Below the pieces are notes generated by a model. The model ran no database searches and was not told where the DNA came from. It was given only the letters and a program-made list of their open reading frames with translations. This document shows positions 1 to 13,399 of a stretch of DNA of 64,000 bases, one piece after another; position 1 is the stretch's first letter, and each line of letters begins with the position of its first letter. The position numbers and the translations under genes were made by a program. The DNA is from Octopus sinensis (taxonomy: Eukaryota): NCBI RefSeq assembly GCF_006345805.1, contig NC_043015.1, positions 33,790,001-33,854,000 on the forward strand, read 5' to 3'.

Positions 1-149
1 ATGTAGTGTGTAACTACATGGCAGTTATGACATGTGGTTCTCTATCTGTGCTCAGTGGAGTGTGGGAATTATGACAAACAATGAATAGTTAATCCTTTGA
101 GGTGGAGTGTGGTAATTATAACATGATCATCAACATCATCATTTATCTT

Positions 150-410
150 TGGACATGATCTGGCTTGAGTTCTAGGGCTCATTGATGCCAATTACCCTAT
201 TTCCATGGTGCATAAGTGACTGAGATCTCAACAATACCCATGAATAGAACGCAAGTCCGTTGTAAGGTCATTCATTTACAGCTGAGTGGATTGGAGTAAC
301 ATGAAATGAAGTGTCTTGCTCAAGAAGACAATGTACCATCCAGTTTGGAAATTGAAACCATGAACTTGCAATTGTGAGTGTAACACCCTAACCACTAGGC
401 CACACACCTT
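150..410 (-). mobile_element. tRNA-derived SINE, family C (CORE-like body), degenerate
   Basis: Contains gctgagtggattggagtaacatgaaatgaagtgtcttgctcaag...ccctaaccactaggccaca, the reverse complement of the SINE head/body also seen at 47310-47600, 48880-49225 and 54420-54740. Confidence 0.7.
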
Positions 411-469
411 CATATTATGACATACAGTCATTATATAACCATGTAAGGTGGGATGTGGAAGTTATAACA

Positions 470-740
470 TGTAGAGACAATTTAACCATGTGGGATGAAA
501 TGTCATAACTATCTTTGCAATCCAAACCACATCATTATCATCCAACATCCATTTCCCATGCTGGATGGTTTGACCGGAGTTAATAAGACCAGGGGTCACA
601 CCAGGCACCATTGTGTGTTCTGGCATAGTTTCGATGGCTGGACATGCCCTTCCTAAAACACCAACCATTCCACAAAGTTTATTGGATGCTTTTAGATGTA
701 ACACCAGCACAAGTGCCATTTATGTGACACTAGCACCAGG
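470..740 (-). mobile_element. RTE-associated 3' tail repeat (family D)
   Basis: catttcccatgctggatggtttga...gcccttcctaaaacaccaaccattcc is the reverse complement of the ccaacccatgc-cagcatggaa-(GAT)n tail that ends the RTE at 50800. Confidence 0.7.
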
Positions 741-1180
741 ATAGTAAAACTATAATGTAGCGGTTGTAACTACCACAAAATAAACTCAGCAATGTCATAT
801 CTTACTGTAGTAACAGTATTTTATTAGTATTACTAAGTGGTAGTATAGTGGTATTGATGTATTACGGTGGTATCAAGATGACTAATGTGATCTTATATAC
901 TTCTGTATTACTGAAGATTGTGATGTAATCTGGTGGTCTTATGGCATGCAGTGTTTTGCAGAGTCAGTGTTAGTGTCATGGAGTTAGCATTAAAGTGTTG
1001 CGGTGTCCGTGTGGTGTTGTTGTTTTGTAATAGTAGTGATGTGTCGTGTCAACGTGTCGTGTAATGTTATTTTACATTCTTCATAACTGAAGACAGTAGA
1101 GGAGGTGGTGGTGCTGGCAGCATACACCAGAGGAATAGTCAAAGTTTGTGTGAGAATGAGTGTGCATGTGAAAGAGAGAG

Positions 1181-1183
<3 letters not shown>

Positions 1184-1244
<61 letters not shown>

Positions 1245-1252
1245 CGTGTGTG
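1184..1252. repeat. (GA)n/(TG)n microsatellite
   Basis: Directly visible dinucleotide tract. Confidence 0.95.
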
Positions 1253-3099
1253 TCTGATCAGAAAAGAAAGATATTGTTTGAATGTGAAATTAGCAGACAA
1301 CTATTCATTCTATTTCTTTGAGAAATTCTACTATAGACATCGACCACTGAAGTGATGACGACACACTTACCATTTCTACAGAGTGCTATCAGCATGATAG
1401 AACAATACCATTGATTGACTTATTCTTGCAGAGTTACCTGATGATGGGAAATTTAATGAGAAAACCAGAGTTAACGATATTAAATCATTTGGCAACATCG
1501 ATACTGTGGAACCAGTGAAATATTGAATGTGTCTGGAACAAGAGAAGACAGTATATTTCTCTCTCATTAGAAATGATAACAACAACGTTTGACTAGACTG
1601 AAACTGGAAATAATGATCTCTTACAATAAGGAGAGATGAATATAAGAGAAAACAGGTCTGACATGAAAAGCAGGATTCAGCCAACCCTCACGGTGCCGGT
1701 AGATGATTCCTCTCTAAGAGGTAAGAAACATTACAATTAAAGAGGATGAAAGATGAGCAGCAAAGTATTACAAATGTTGGACATGAAACCAAACCCCGTG
1801 ACTAGAATTGGGATCCTGGCTACAAGGAGAGAAAAAAAAACAACAAAAAAAGAATAGATTCCAGGTCATTGCACTTTACAAGAATTCAAGAAAAATGTGT
1901 TCTCACTGAATAACAACTCTGTTATAAATCTCTGTGTGCACATGTGTGTGTGTTACAAGTAGATCTATCAAAAGTGTGTGTTTCACTCAAGGCCACCATG
2001 TCTGATATTCACACAAGCTATCTTAGACAACTAAACCTAATGGGTCCTTCCTTTTTAAGACAAACTGAAGATTTGACTATCATTTCTAGCAAGTTCAATA
2101 ACTGTGAAGAGATTTCCTCATTGGTTTGAGTGTATGTATGTATATGTGCAAATGTATTTATGTATCACATTCTTTCGCTATCTTAGAGTTCCAAGTATCT
2201 TGTATTTGCAGACAAAAGAATTGTGAAATTGTGACAAAGGGACTTCTTCCACTGATGAACAGTGAGAGTTTGGTGGATATTTTCATGACAGTTCTTCAGC
2301 TCTGGCTGCATCATTCAGGAGTGGAATCTGTATCATAAAAGACAATTTTTGTGCTTGTGTGTGTGCATTATATGTGTAATGTGTGTGTGTGTGTAAGATG
2401 TGTGTGCTTTTGGTCAGGAGGTGGGAGGAGGAAGAATCACATAATCAAGGAATCATTTACTTGATGAATAGAAATATTGGGTTCAAATTCGGGCACAAGG
2501 CCTGCAATTTCAGAGTCAGGGCTAAGTAGATTACATCAGCCCCAGTGACTAACTGGTACTTATTTTATTGACCCAGAAAGGGGTGAAAGGCGAGGTCAAC
2601 CCTAGCAGAATGATGATGAAGAAACATTACAAAAAATGGTGATAAAACAGGATAAAATCCAGTATGAGAAAAACAGACATGAAATACAATATAGAAGGAA
2701 ATGAAACGTCCCAGGAGAGATACAGTCATCTGGAATCAGAGAATTCCATAGATCCAAGACCTCTTTAATGTTAAGGCCCTCTTCCAACTGTTGGTGTATA
2801 CAAAGAGTAGACCCATTCTTGTCACTCTCATTCTTCATCATCATCATTTAACAACTGTTTTCCATGATGGAATATTTATTGGCACACAATCTCTCCTTCT
2901 CCACTTTCACCTTCCTTTCTCTCTCAGTGGAACTTGACTGAAGAGGAAAGCGTCCGCCCTTAATTTGTTTTTTTTTATTCTTGTTCACCTCTTTTACAAT
3001 AGTCAGAAAAACCTCCTGCCCTTCCTGATCAAAGGAAGGTGGCAAAATGACAAATAACCAGATCTGAACCACAAAAGACAGCAATTACTCAACATGACC

Positions 3100-3830
3100 C
3101 ACAAATCAATAATGTCCAGAATGGTCACTCTTAATGCATCTCAAGCAGACAGGTCAGGCTGACAGCACTTCCATCTCAGTAGTGTATTATCCTAAACCAG
3201 CAATAGCCACCTGGTAGCAGAGCCAACCAAGAGATTCTTGAAGTTGTTCAAATTCTCCAGGTTGGAAGTCTTCCATAATAAACTAGTCAGTCGATCTTTG
3301 TCAGCACCTAAAGTTGGTCCAAGACCATCTGTGTGCTTAACAGAATGCAAAGATTGGTGTATACCAGCAGTGTTACCCTCTCACTATGGGACTATGACTA
3401 CCTGTCAACATTGCAAATGCCACACCAAGGTTTTCACTTGACCCAGGACAAGAGATGACTTGTGGGAAGGTATGACTGACCAACAGTAATGACAGTTGCT
3501 CGTTATCCAAGAATCTCTGCAGATACCATAACCAAACTCATATCTACATGTCATCAGCCATGCCATACTGAGTCTTCCTTCCATTCAGAATGTGTTGGCA
3601 GAAAACTGACTTCTTGATCAGTGAAATGCAACCTCCCCTAAATGCTTGAATGCGGTCAGATGAAAACTGGGAGCAAGGCATGATGGTCAGATAGAAATGA
3701 CGTATACATTCTCCACTACTGCTTGACTTTACAGGGGTAGCTTCCTCTCAGTTCATTTCAGTGTGAAAGTGGCCACCCTACTCATATTAGCATGGGAATT
3801 CTCTAAAAATAACAGGTTTGCCATCAAAAC
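3100..3830 (+). mobile_element. Possible ancient RTE LINE 5' relic
   Basis: ctactcatattagcatggga near 3780 resembles ctctcatattagcatactgga at about 15315, the start of the RTE endonuclease (ILAYWNV). The rest is too decayed to align by eye. Confidence 0.3.
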
Positions 3831-4177
3831 ACAAGGCCACAAATAGGTAATAAATTATAATACCACCCACTCCCTGGTATTTGATAATATCTATTTTATT
3901 GACCCTGAACGGATAAAAAATAAGCTGACCATGTAAAAAAGGTGTTGCTAAATACCTCAGAGCATAACAATTTTTTTACAAAGGAAAAAAATGCCACAAA
4001 TTTGAAAGAGGAGTGGTAAGTTGATTAAATTTTCTACATTTGCCTGGTATTCTATTTCCTTGGTACTATATTTCAAGATAAAAGCAAAGTTGACCTTGGA
4101 TTTGAGCTCAGAGAATAATGAACCATAACAAGATACCATTTTTTCAGACACTAACAATGCCAATTTACCACCTTAAA

Positions 4178-4765
4178 ATAATAATAATAATCCTTTCTAC
4201 TAAAGGCACAAGGCCTGAAATTTTGGAGGGAGAGGACTAATCAATCCCAAAAGGATGAAACAAAGTCGACCTCAGTGGAATTTGAACTCATAACAAAAAG
4301 ACAGATGAAATGCCACTAAGCATTTTACCCAGTGTGTTAATGATTCTGCCAGTTCACTGTGATAATAATAATCCTTTCTACTATAAACACACAGGCCAAA
4401 ATTTTGGTTGGGGGATGTTAGTTGATTACATCAACCCCAGTACTTGACTGGTATTTTAGTTCACCAATCTCAAAAGAATGAAAAGCAAAATTGACCTCAG
4501 CAAGATTTCAGCTGATAATAATAATAATAATGGCACAAAGTTAGCAATTTTAGGGAAGGGTTAAGTTGATTACATCAACCCCAGTGCATAACTAGTACTT
4601 ATTTTATCCACCCTGAAAGGATGAAAAGCAAAGTCAACCCTAGTGGCATTTGAGTTCATTCATAATGATGATGATGATGATGGTGGTGGTCTTGGTTTCA
4701 AATTTTGGCACAAGGCCAGCAAATTTAGAGGAAGAAATTAAGTCAATTACATCAACCCCAGTGCC
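4178..4765 (-). mobile_element. Head-to-tail array of about 4 family B SINE copies separated by (AAT)n
   Basis: Repeated unit aataatcctttctact..ggcacaaggcc..gattacatcaacccc..actggtacttattt..gaaaggatgaaaggcaaagtcgacc..atttgaactc. The central gcctttcatcctttc.ggggtcgataaaataagtaccag motif (reverse strand) resembles the Meta-SINE core as I recall it. Confidence 0.8.
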
Positions 4766-6319
4766 ATGCAAAAACACATCCAGTACACTCCATAAAGCGG
4801 TTGGCATTAGGAAGAGCATCCAGCCATAGAAACCATTCCAAAACAACTGAGAGCCTGGGCAGTTCTCCAGCTAACCAGCTCCTGTGAAACCATCCAACCC
4901 ATATCAGCATGGAAGATGTATGTTGGAGAAGGAAGATGATGACCCCAAAAGCATTGAAAGGCAAGGTTAATCTCAGTTTTGATTGAAATGTTGCTAAGCA
5001 TTTTGTCCAACATGCTAACAATTCTACGAGCTCACCACCATGATGATGATGTAACAACAACAACAACAATAATAAGACATTTTTCCATGTCAATCATACT
5101 AATTTTTCCAAAAAGCCAAATTACTGTAGACAGGATCTAATGATAGAGATGAGTTGCGAGAGAAGGCATTAATTGGCATTGATGTAATATGCAGCACCAA
5201 GAGAAATCTGGTGATGAAGAATTCAACAGTAGAGTTTCAATTAACTGCCAAAAATCAAATGTTACTCCATTGAAAAGGTAAAAAAAATAATTAAAAACAT
5301 AAATTAAATTAAATAATAAAACAGAAAGCAAAAACAATAGAAAGAAAGTATGAATCCATTTATGAACTTTAGATAAATTAAATTTTAAAAATTAATGGAT
5401 GCTTTCATTCCGATTTCCAAGAAAGGGCAACTTGCTGGAAGCAGCTTTGGCGAAATTTTAGTTAAAACAAGAAAATTTTTAAAAAGGCAGAAAAATACTC
5501 CATGATTTAAATGGTAATTGTGAGTGAATCATAAGGGAGGTATGTTTCAACAAATGTTAAGCTTTTACCAAATGTTTAACAATAAAAATAGTTATAGCAC
5601 TGGTTTAGTACAGTTAACAGAGATTTAATTCAAACTCTCTTCCGGCTCCATCTACTGAGGAATTCAAAGCTGTTGTTTTGCTCTGGTCAGCCTTAATAGT
5701 AATAATAATAATTTTTGATTTAGGCACAATGCCAGTGATTTTGAGTGGGAGGGATTAGTTGAAACCATCAGCCCCAAAGAGATGAAAGGCTATGTCGACC
5801 TTGGTGAGATTTGAACTCAGTAACAGTAATAATAATAGCATAGTCATCATCATATCACTAGATTTCTCTTTTGTTTCCAAGCAAAGTAATAGTTCCCCAT
5901 GACCAGGTATATTTTTACAGAATATCAGAAATGAATGACACCGCCAATAGGACTGACATTCATTTACACCTATCACACAATGTAAAGGCAAGGAAACCAA
6001 AGTATGTCAACCCTTGCCCGAGGTGCCATGCAGTGGGACTGAACCCAGAAGTATGTGGTTGGGAAGCAAAAGCACAACAGGACCACAAATGTTCATGGTG
6101 TCAATATATAAGTAGTGCTTTATTTATCAACCATGGGAAAACAGAAAAGTGAAATCAACCTTGGTAGGATTCGAACCCAGAATCAAGGACATAACTAGGT
6201 TACTGCAAAATGGTTTGTCTAGCATGTTGTCCATTATACCACTAACCACACTCGTCCCCTTAAAACTGCTGGCCCTATACCAAAATTTAACAAAAATTAT
6301 TATCATTATTACCGTTATT

Positions 6320-6770
6320 ATTATTGTAAGGCAGCGAGCTGGCAGAATTGTTAGCACGCTGGATGAAGTGCTTAGAGGTATTTTGCCTTTCAAATTCTGC
6401 TGAGGTCAACTTTGCCTTTCATCCTTTCAGGGTTGATAAAATAAGTACCAGTTAAACACTGGGGTCGATGTAATCAATTCATTCCCTCCCCCAAAATTGC
6501 TCTCTTTGTGAAAAAATTTGAAGCCATTATTATTACCATTATAATTATTGTAAGGTGGTGAGCCGACAGAATTATTAGTGTGCAGAGCAAAATGCTTAGC
6601 AGTATTTCATCCATCTTTATGTCCTGAGTTCAAATTCTGCCAAGGCCAGCTTTGCTTTTCATCCTTTTGGGGTTGATGAAATAAGAACCAGTATCAAACT
6701 GGGGTCAATATGATTGACTACCCACCTTCCCCCAAGTTTCAGGCCTTGCACCTAAAGTAGAAAGGATTTT
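6320..6770 (+). mobile_element. Two tandem family B SINE copies in plus orientation
   Basis: Heads gtaaggcagcgagctggcagaattgttagc (about 6326) and gtaaggtggtgagccgacagaattattag (about 6550), each preceded by (ATT)n. Confidence 0.85.
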
Positions 6771-7764
6771 TTTTTTTGTAAATAGTAAGTAAAATAAGCT
6801 AAATATATGAAAGGCAGATGTAATAGACTGAAGTGAAACTGGTGAGTGTACTTATGTAGAGGTCAATAAAGAAGATGGAACATTCTGCTACAGAATTAAT
6901 CCCCACCAACACCACTTTTCAATATACCTCAGTAAATGGCTTCATGTATGGAGTAAAATGAAGGGATTCTTCAATACAGAAATATTGAATAATTCATAGC
7001 AACATCATACATAAGCTGGTGTTGTTTGTTCTTTGATCTTCCGCATTCATTCCCAAAATGCTTCTTTTGACTTGTAAAATAAAAAATAATAACGAGAGAA
7101 AAAACTAAATAAGGATGATCAGACACACACACACACACACACACATGTAGAGATCAATACATCAGATCGTAGCATATATTGGTAGGTTCTATATTAATCA
7201 AGAATGGAAATCGTGGGTTAGATAGTAACGAGTCTAACGAGCAGTGGAATGAATGAGAGACAGACAGACAGACAGAAAAAAGGAATGAAGAAGCAAGACA
7301 CGTAGCATTGTGTTCAGATGGAACAATTTACACGCTGCAATGTTTTAGCACTTACTGCCAGGACTATTGCCATACAAGTGACTGTTCACACTAAACAATT
7401 CATGAGACAAAAATCAATAGAAATACGAAAAACTCCAACCATTACACTTTGCTCTTCCTTCTCCCACTCCTCACCCCCACCCCCACCCATTGTCTCTTGT
7501 TGTTGTTGCTGTTGTTGTTATTTATTAATACTTCATGTTGTACAAGATGTTGAAATAAGCAAATAGTACAGATATATAAATAGAGAGAGGCAAAGGAAAA
7601 ACGGAGGAAGACAGACAGACAGATAATGTGTGTGTGACAGAGAGAAAAGTAGGTTGTAAAAAATAAAACTGGGGGGGGGGAATAAGCTACAGTGTCACAT
7701 CAACAAATTAACTCCCTTCTTTTGCAGCAGGTAAATAAAACCACAGCTTAACGGAAAGAGTAAT

Positions 7765-8645
7765 TTAATAACAATAATGTTTTCTACTCTAGGCACAAGG
7801 CCTGAAATTTGGGGGAGAGGATAGGTCGATTACTTTGATTCCAGTACTCAACTGGTACTAATTTTATTGACCCCACCCCAAAAGGATGAAAGGTAAAGTC
7901 AAGCTCAGTGGCATTTGAACTCAGAATGTAAAGACAGACAAAATACCGCTAAGCATTTTGCTTGGCAGCTGATGATTCTGCCAGCTTGCTGCCTTAATAA
8001 TAATAATAATAATCCTTTCTGTGATAGGCACAAGGCCTGGAATTGAGTGGGAAGAGGCAAGCCGATTAAATCAACTCCAAGACTTATTTTATCCTTCTCA
8101 AAAGATGAAAGTCAAAGTTGATGTCAGAACATGAAGCCAGAAGAAATGCTGTTAAGCATGTTGTCTGGAATGCTAATGATTCTGCCAGCTGGCCACTTTG
8201 GTTTCAAATCTGGGGACAAGGCTGGATTTTATGAGGGGGGGTGGTCAAGTTGATTATCCTTAGCTAATCCTTTTTTTTTTTTTTATCAACCCCCAAAAGA
8301 TAAAAGATAAAGTCAAGCTCAGCAGGATTTGATTTCAGATTGCAATGAGCTGGAAGAAATATCGCTCCACATATTGTCTGACTCATTAGTGGTTCTTCCT
8401 GCTCACAGCCAATATTAATAATAATCCTTTCTGCAATAGGCACACAAGACCTGAAGTTTGGTGGGAGGGTGAAAGTCAATTACCTTGACCTCCAGTATTC
8501 AACTGGTACTTATTTCATCAACCCCAAAACAATGACAGGCAAAGTCAACCTTAGCATAATTTGAACTCAGAATGTAATGATGGATGAAATTCTACTAAGC
8601 ATTTTGTCCAGCATGCCAAGGATTCTGCCAGCTTGCCGCCTTAAT
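7765..8645 (-). mobile_element. Head-to-tail array of 4 family B SINE copies
   Basis: Four successive units, mostly separated by (AAT)n and ending in tgattctgccagct.gc.gcctt. Confidence 0.85.
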
Positions 8646-8659
8646 AATAGGAATCCCTG

Positions 8660-10020
8660 AACATCTGTCTTCCAAGCCGATACAGATCAACAGGATCTGA
8701 CAAGTTGTTGGGTTGTCGTAATTCAAAGATTGCTTTGGAATTGTTTCTATGCCTGAAAGCCCATCCTAACACCAACTATTTTGCAGAATGTATTGGACAC
8801 TTTTTACATAAAAACCATGTGAGACCACCATGTATCACCTTTCTGATAATACCATTGTATATTGTCTGAATGGCTCTCACAAACCATTCATCTATTCCTT
8901 GCTTACTCGGCTACAACTACCTCAGAGAGTGAGCAACACTGACAAAAGCTTTCTCCAGGTTAACAAATGCTGAGTACAGTGGATAACTTTTGGCTAAATA
9001 CTTGTCTTATAGTTGCTTCATCAAGGAGAAGAACATTAATAGTACTTCTTGGCACAAAACCAAACCACATCTCACCTATGCTAATTCTTTTCAAAATTAA
9101 TTGAGCTAAAAACTCCTTTTGTAACTTTTATAACCTGGTCCAGCAATTTGATACCTCTGTAATTACCTTTCTCTAATGCATTCCCTCCACCTTTGGCTAC
9201 GAGAACTTCTTGTACAGCCTGATTGACTAGAGGAGTATCTGGGTCATATACTACACAGCCAAATATTCTAAGCATCTCAGCAGTAATTCCTAGTGACCAG
9301 AAACTTTACTTGCCTTAATCTCCCTAATCACTTTGACTAACATACTACTGTCTGCTAAGCCTCTTTTTCCAATGCACTTTTTGTATGTTATAGCCCTTCA
9401 TGATAGCACTTCCATACCTCTTTCTTTTCAGAATAAGAAAGTGTGAATGCACCATTATTCATCTCTACATGCTTCTCTTCCACAAAGTCTGGATTTTTTT
9501 TTTGATACTCTGTTTTATAATTGAGAACACCTCATATTTCTGGTCCTGACACTGTGGACTATTTGAAAACCACTAACTTTCTGATTCTCATGTAGCTAAA
9601 TAAACCTGTTCCTAGCTTCTCTTCTAGCACCTGGTATAATTGTCTACTGCCTCATATTACTCTCTGGGGTAGTAGTAGCTGAGTAAGCAAGGAATAGATG
9701 AATGGTTTGTGAGAGCCATTCAGTCTACCTCTCTGCTCCACCATCACATAACCCTCAGTCTAAATGGAACTTTGCACCAGCCACAGATCTGGTCTGTAGC
9801 CCTCAAAAGATTGTCTTGCAGAAACTTGCAAGAGTCTTCTCTTATACATCTCAATTTCTTCCTCCTGCTCTTCAAATTCTTCAACTAGTACTTCTCTAAA
9901 TGTATGACATTTTGCTGGATACTTAAGCTTCCATATATCCTCCCTTTCCAAAAGTAATACCCAAAGCAAAAAGTCTAACTTATTCTTTCTTGAGGTCTCT
10001 GGATGAGACCTAGAATAGCT
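8660..10020 (-). mobile_element. Degenerate RTE-clade LINE, reverse transcriptase region
   Basis: Minus-strand peptides ALEKGNYRGIKLLDQVIKV, MWFGFVPRST and YLAKSYPLYSAFVNLEKAF match RTE RT motifs (GNYRGIKLL, QFGFxPGRST, AFVDLEKAFD). Multiple stops and frameshifts. Confidence 0.85.
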
Positions 10021-10059
10021 TGTATAAAACAAAACAGCAACAACAATGAAAATAATAAT

Positions 10060-11040
10060 AATAATAATAATAATAATCCTTTCCACTAAAAGCACAAGAC
10101 CTGAAATTTTGGGAGACGGGACTAATCAATTAGATCAACCCCAGTGATTCATTGGTAATTAATTTATCAACCCCAAAGGATTAAAGGCAAAGTCAACCTC
10201 CATGGAATTTGAACACCGTAAGGATGAACAAATTGTCGCTTAGCATTTTGCCCAGCATTCTAATGACTGCTAGCTCACCACCACCATAATAATAATAATA
10301 ATAATAATGATGATAATAAATATCTCTACTATGGACACAAGGCCTAAAATTTGATAGGAGGAGGTGAAGTCAATTACATCAACGCCAATACTCAACTGGT
10401 ACTTATTTTACTGACCCTGAAAAGATGAAAGCAAAGTAGACCTCAATGTCATTGGAACTCAGAAGATAAAAACAAAAGAAATGGCACTAAGTAGGTGCAG
10501 TACTAATACTAATAATAATGTCTAAAACAGGCACAGGGCTACACATTTTGGGGTGAGCAAGTATAACAGAGCAAACTGACATCAGGGCAGGTCACTTGAA
10601 GAGGATTTGTACTTATTGCAAACAAGCGGAATATAATATTGATTGCATTCCTTAATGTTCCAGTGATCAACAATTCTTATAAATAATGGTTTCCGATTTA
10701 GGTACAAGGCACATCATTTTGAAAGAAGGGGCTTAGATGATTACATCGGCCCCAGTACTTGGCTGTTACTTTATTTTATTAACCCTGAAAGGATAAAAGG
10801 CTAAGCTGGACTCAGCAGGATTTGTAATCAGAAGGTAGGGAGCTGAAAGAAATGCTGCAGAGCCCTTCATCCAATGGTTACAATTCTTTCAGTAACAAAC
10901 ATATCAGAGAGAGGCACAGGGACTGAAATTTGGGGGAGGGCTTTAGTTAACACCATTGACCCCAGCATTTAACGGGTACTTCATTTTATCAACTCCAGAG
11001 GGACAAAAAGCTAAGATAACTTTGGCATTTGAACTCAGAA
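10060..11040 (-). mobile_element. Array of about 5 family B SINE copies
   Basis: Same repeated unit as 4178-4765, with (AAT)n spacers. Confidence 0.8.
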
Positions 11041-11154
11041 CATTAAAAAAAAAACTAGGACAGAAAAAGCAAAAGAAAAACATCCTGTTTTGGCGCTTTA
11101 CATTCAGGGTTCAAATGCAGCAAAGGTGCTAACAGTGATGTTTTCATCACTTCA

Positions 11155-11368
11155 ACCAGTTAGCATTTAAACCGGCCATATCCAGCCCAAATATTTTTCC
11201 TGTTTTATGTTCAAACTGGCCAGATTTGGCCTCTCATGCCTCCCCTACAATGTCATTCTAAACATATAAACAGCCACAGCATTGAAATCTGATAGCTAAA
11301 AGATAATATATAAGTAATTAAAAGTAAGCATTACATTTGACAGAACAATCTGAATGCTAAATGGCTAA
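11155..11368 (-). mobile_element. piggyBac-like MITE, second copy
   Basis: Reverse complement of the 30848-31047 element (..caatctgaatgctaaatggctaa versus ttaa.cctttagcatccagatt). Confidence 0.6.
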
Positions 11369-11516
11369 TGTAGTAAAAAGGGGGAGGGGGAGAGAGAAAG
11401 ACTGAATGCAAATGTTATTGGCTTTTAAACCAGTAATAAAATGTTAAATGTGACGGAGAGAGACAAAGAACAAAAACTGGAGGAAATGAATTCTATCTTT
11501 TGTATAAGTAGGATCC

Positions 11517-11890
11517 ATGCAGGTGTGGTTGTGTGGTAGGAAGTTTCCTTCTCAACCATACAGTTCCAGGTTCAGTCCCATTTGTAGCACCTTTGGCAAC
11601 TGTCTTCTACTATAACCTAGGGCTGACCAAGCCTTGTGAGTGGATTTGGTAGACAAAAACTGAAAGATGCCCATTGTCTGGGGGGGGGGGGTTCCCATGA
11701 CTGCTTACAGCTGGTGTTGGTGTGTTTAAATCTCCACAACTTGGCAGTTTGGCAAAAGAAAGCAACAGAATAAGTACCAGGTTTTAAACAAAATAAGTCC
11801 TGGGGGTTGATTAGTTTGATTAAAATCCTCCAAGGTGGTGCTCTGGCATGGGAGCAGTCTGATGACTGAAACAAGTAAAAAGTATTAAAA
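11517..11890 (+). mobile_element. tRNA-derived SINE, family A
   Basis: Head gcaggtgtggttgtgtggtaggaagtttcc..ccaggttcagtccca, body gccttgtgagtggatttggtagac..aactgaaaga, tail gactgaaacaagtaaaa. Confidence 0.85.
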
Positions 11891-11941
11891 AAAAGGTAAG
11901 TCATTATGTTTATATCAAACAACACATGAACTGGAATGGTG

Positions 11942-11976
<35 letters not shown>

Positions 11977-12471
11977 TAACTGGTACCTTATCAAGTAGGT
12001 TAAAAGGAAAGATGGAAAATAGTCAGTTTTGAATGCCAGAGGACATAAACTGGTCAAATGGCCCATGATGTCAAGTAACTTTCAACACACATCAGAATGA
12101 TCATTAGAAATCTTGGAAAGGAACTCTGACATATTGCAGCAGGTTAAAATTAAATTTTACTTATATTTTGTTATTTCCATTGAGAGAGGTCAAGTTATAA
12201 CTGCAAGATCAGAATTGATGAATAGCAAATAATCAAGATTTTCTACCAGTCAGATATCACAATATAAAACCTCTTAGTTCTAAATTTAGGTTCATTTCCC
12301 ACACCTTAGAGTGATGATTCTTTCACAACCTTTCAGTTTTCAATTAAATACAAATGCTGCACTATTTATCGACAAAGATGGCATGAGCAGAGCAGTTCTG
12401 CTAATGCAATCCATTATTAATCATATAGATATGGATTTGTAAACCAGGTTACTATATATATATATATATAT

Positions 12472-13082
12472 TCTTTTATCTGCTTCAGTCAAGACACTGC
12501 AGCCATGCTGGGGCACGACACCTTGAAGAACCTTTTAGCTGAACGAATAGGCCTTAGTCTTAAGCCTGGTACTTATTTTATCAGTCTCTTTTTGTTGAAC
12601 TGCTAAGTTATGGGGACATAAACAAACCAATACTAGTTGCCAAGCAGTTATGGGGGACAAACACAGACACAAAAAAATATATACACGCACATATATACAC
12701 AATGGGTTTCTTTCAGTTTCTGTCTCCCAAATCCCCCTACAATAGCCATGGTCAACCCATGGCTATAGCAGAAGAAACCTGCCCAAGGTTCTATGCAGTG
12801 GGACTGAACCTGGAACTGTGTGGTTGAGAAGCAAGCTTCTTATTTCTTTATTGCCCACACAGATGGGACAAACAAGGACAGACAAACAGATTAAGTCGAT
12901 TACATCGACTCCAGTGTGTAACTGGTACTTATTTAATCAACCCCGAAAGGATGAAAGGCAAAGTCAGCCTTGGCTGAATTTGAACTGAGAATGTAGCGGC
13001 AGACGAGATACCGTTAAGCATTTTGCCTGGCGTACTAACGTTTCTGCCAGCTCGCCACCTTCTTACCACACAACCAACTGCT
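12472..13082 (-). mobile_element. Family A SINE with a family B SINE nested in its head
   Basis: Family B copy at 12843-13058 is flanked by a 7-bp direct repeat cttctta (12836-42, 13059-65), after which the family A head resumes (ccacacaacca). Confidence 0.8.
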
Positions 13083-13399
13083 ACCAGCGAATTTAGAGCT
13101 TCACATTGATTATCATCACCCGGTCTTCTTCCGTTAAAGTGGTATGGTTATTACCGTACTTACCAACATTACTAGACATGATATTCAGAGCAGACATAGG
13201 GGGAAAATAAGATGAATACAATATGCAGGTTTCACCATTTTGGCTGTTTGCATCTTCTGTAATTGGTGCCAATAGTGCATTTGGCTTCTAGACCACAATG
13301 GCTCTTCTGGGGAACAATTTGCCACATTATGGCAACACAGAATAAATGCTTGTAGTGGGATGGAAGGCAATTTTAGGAATCATCTTAACATAAGTAGGA

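Noticed and set aside
1438-1532. Minus-strand 95-nt candidate exon (HIQYFTGSTVSMLPND...)
   Set aside because: Good splice signals but no recognisable homology and no phase-compatible neighbour; equally good plus-strand candidates overlap it.
7356-7390. Minus-strand 35-nt microexon (VNSHLYGNSPG)
   Set aside because: Signals of this strength arise by chance in 64 kb of AT-rich DNA; no support without RNA data.
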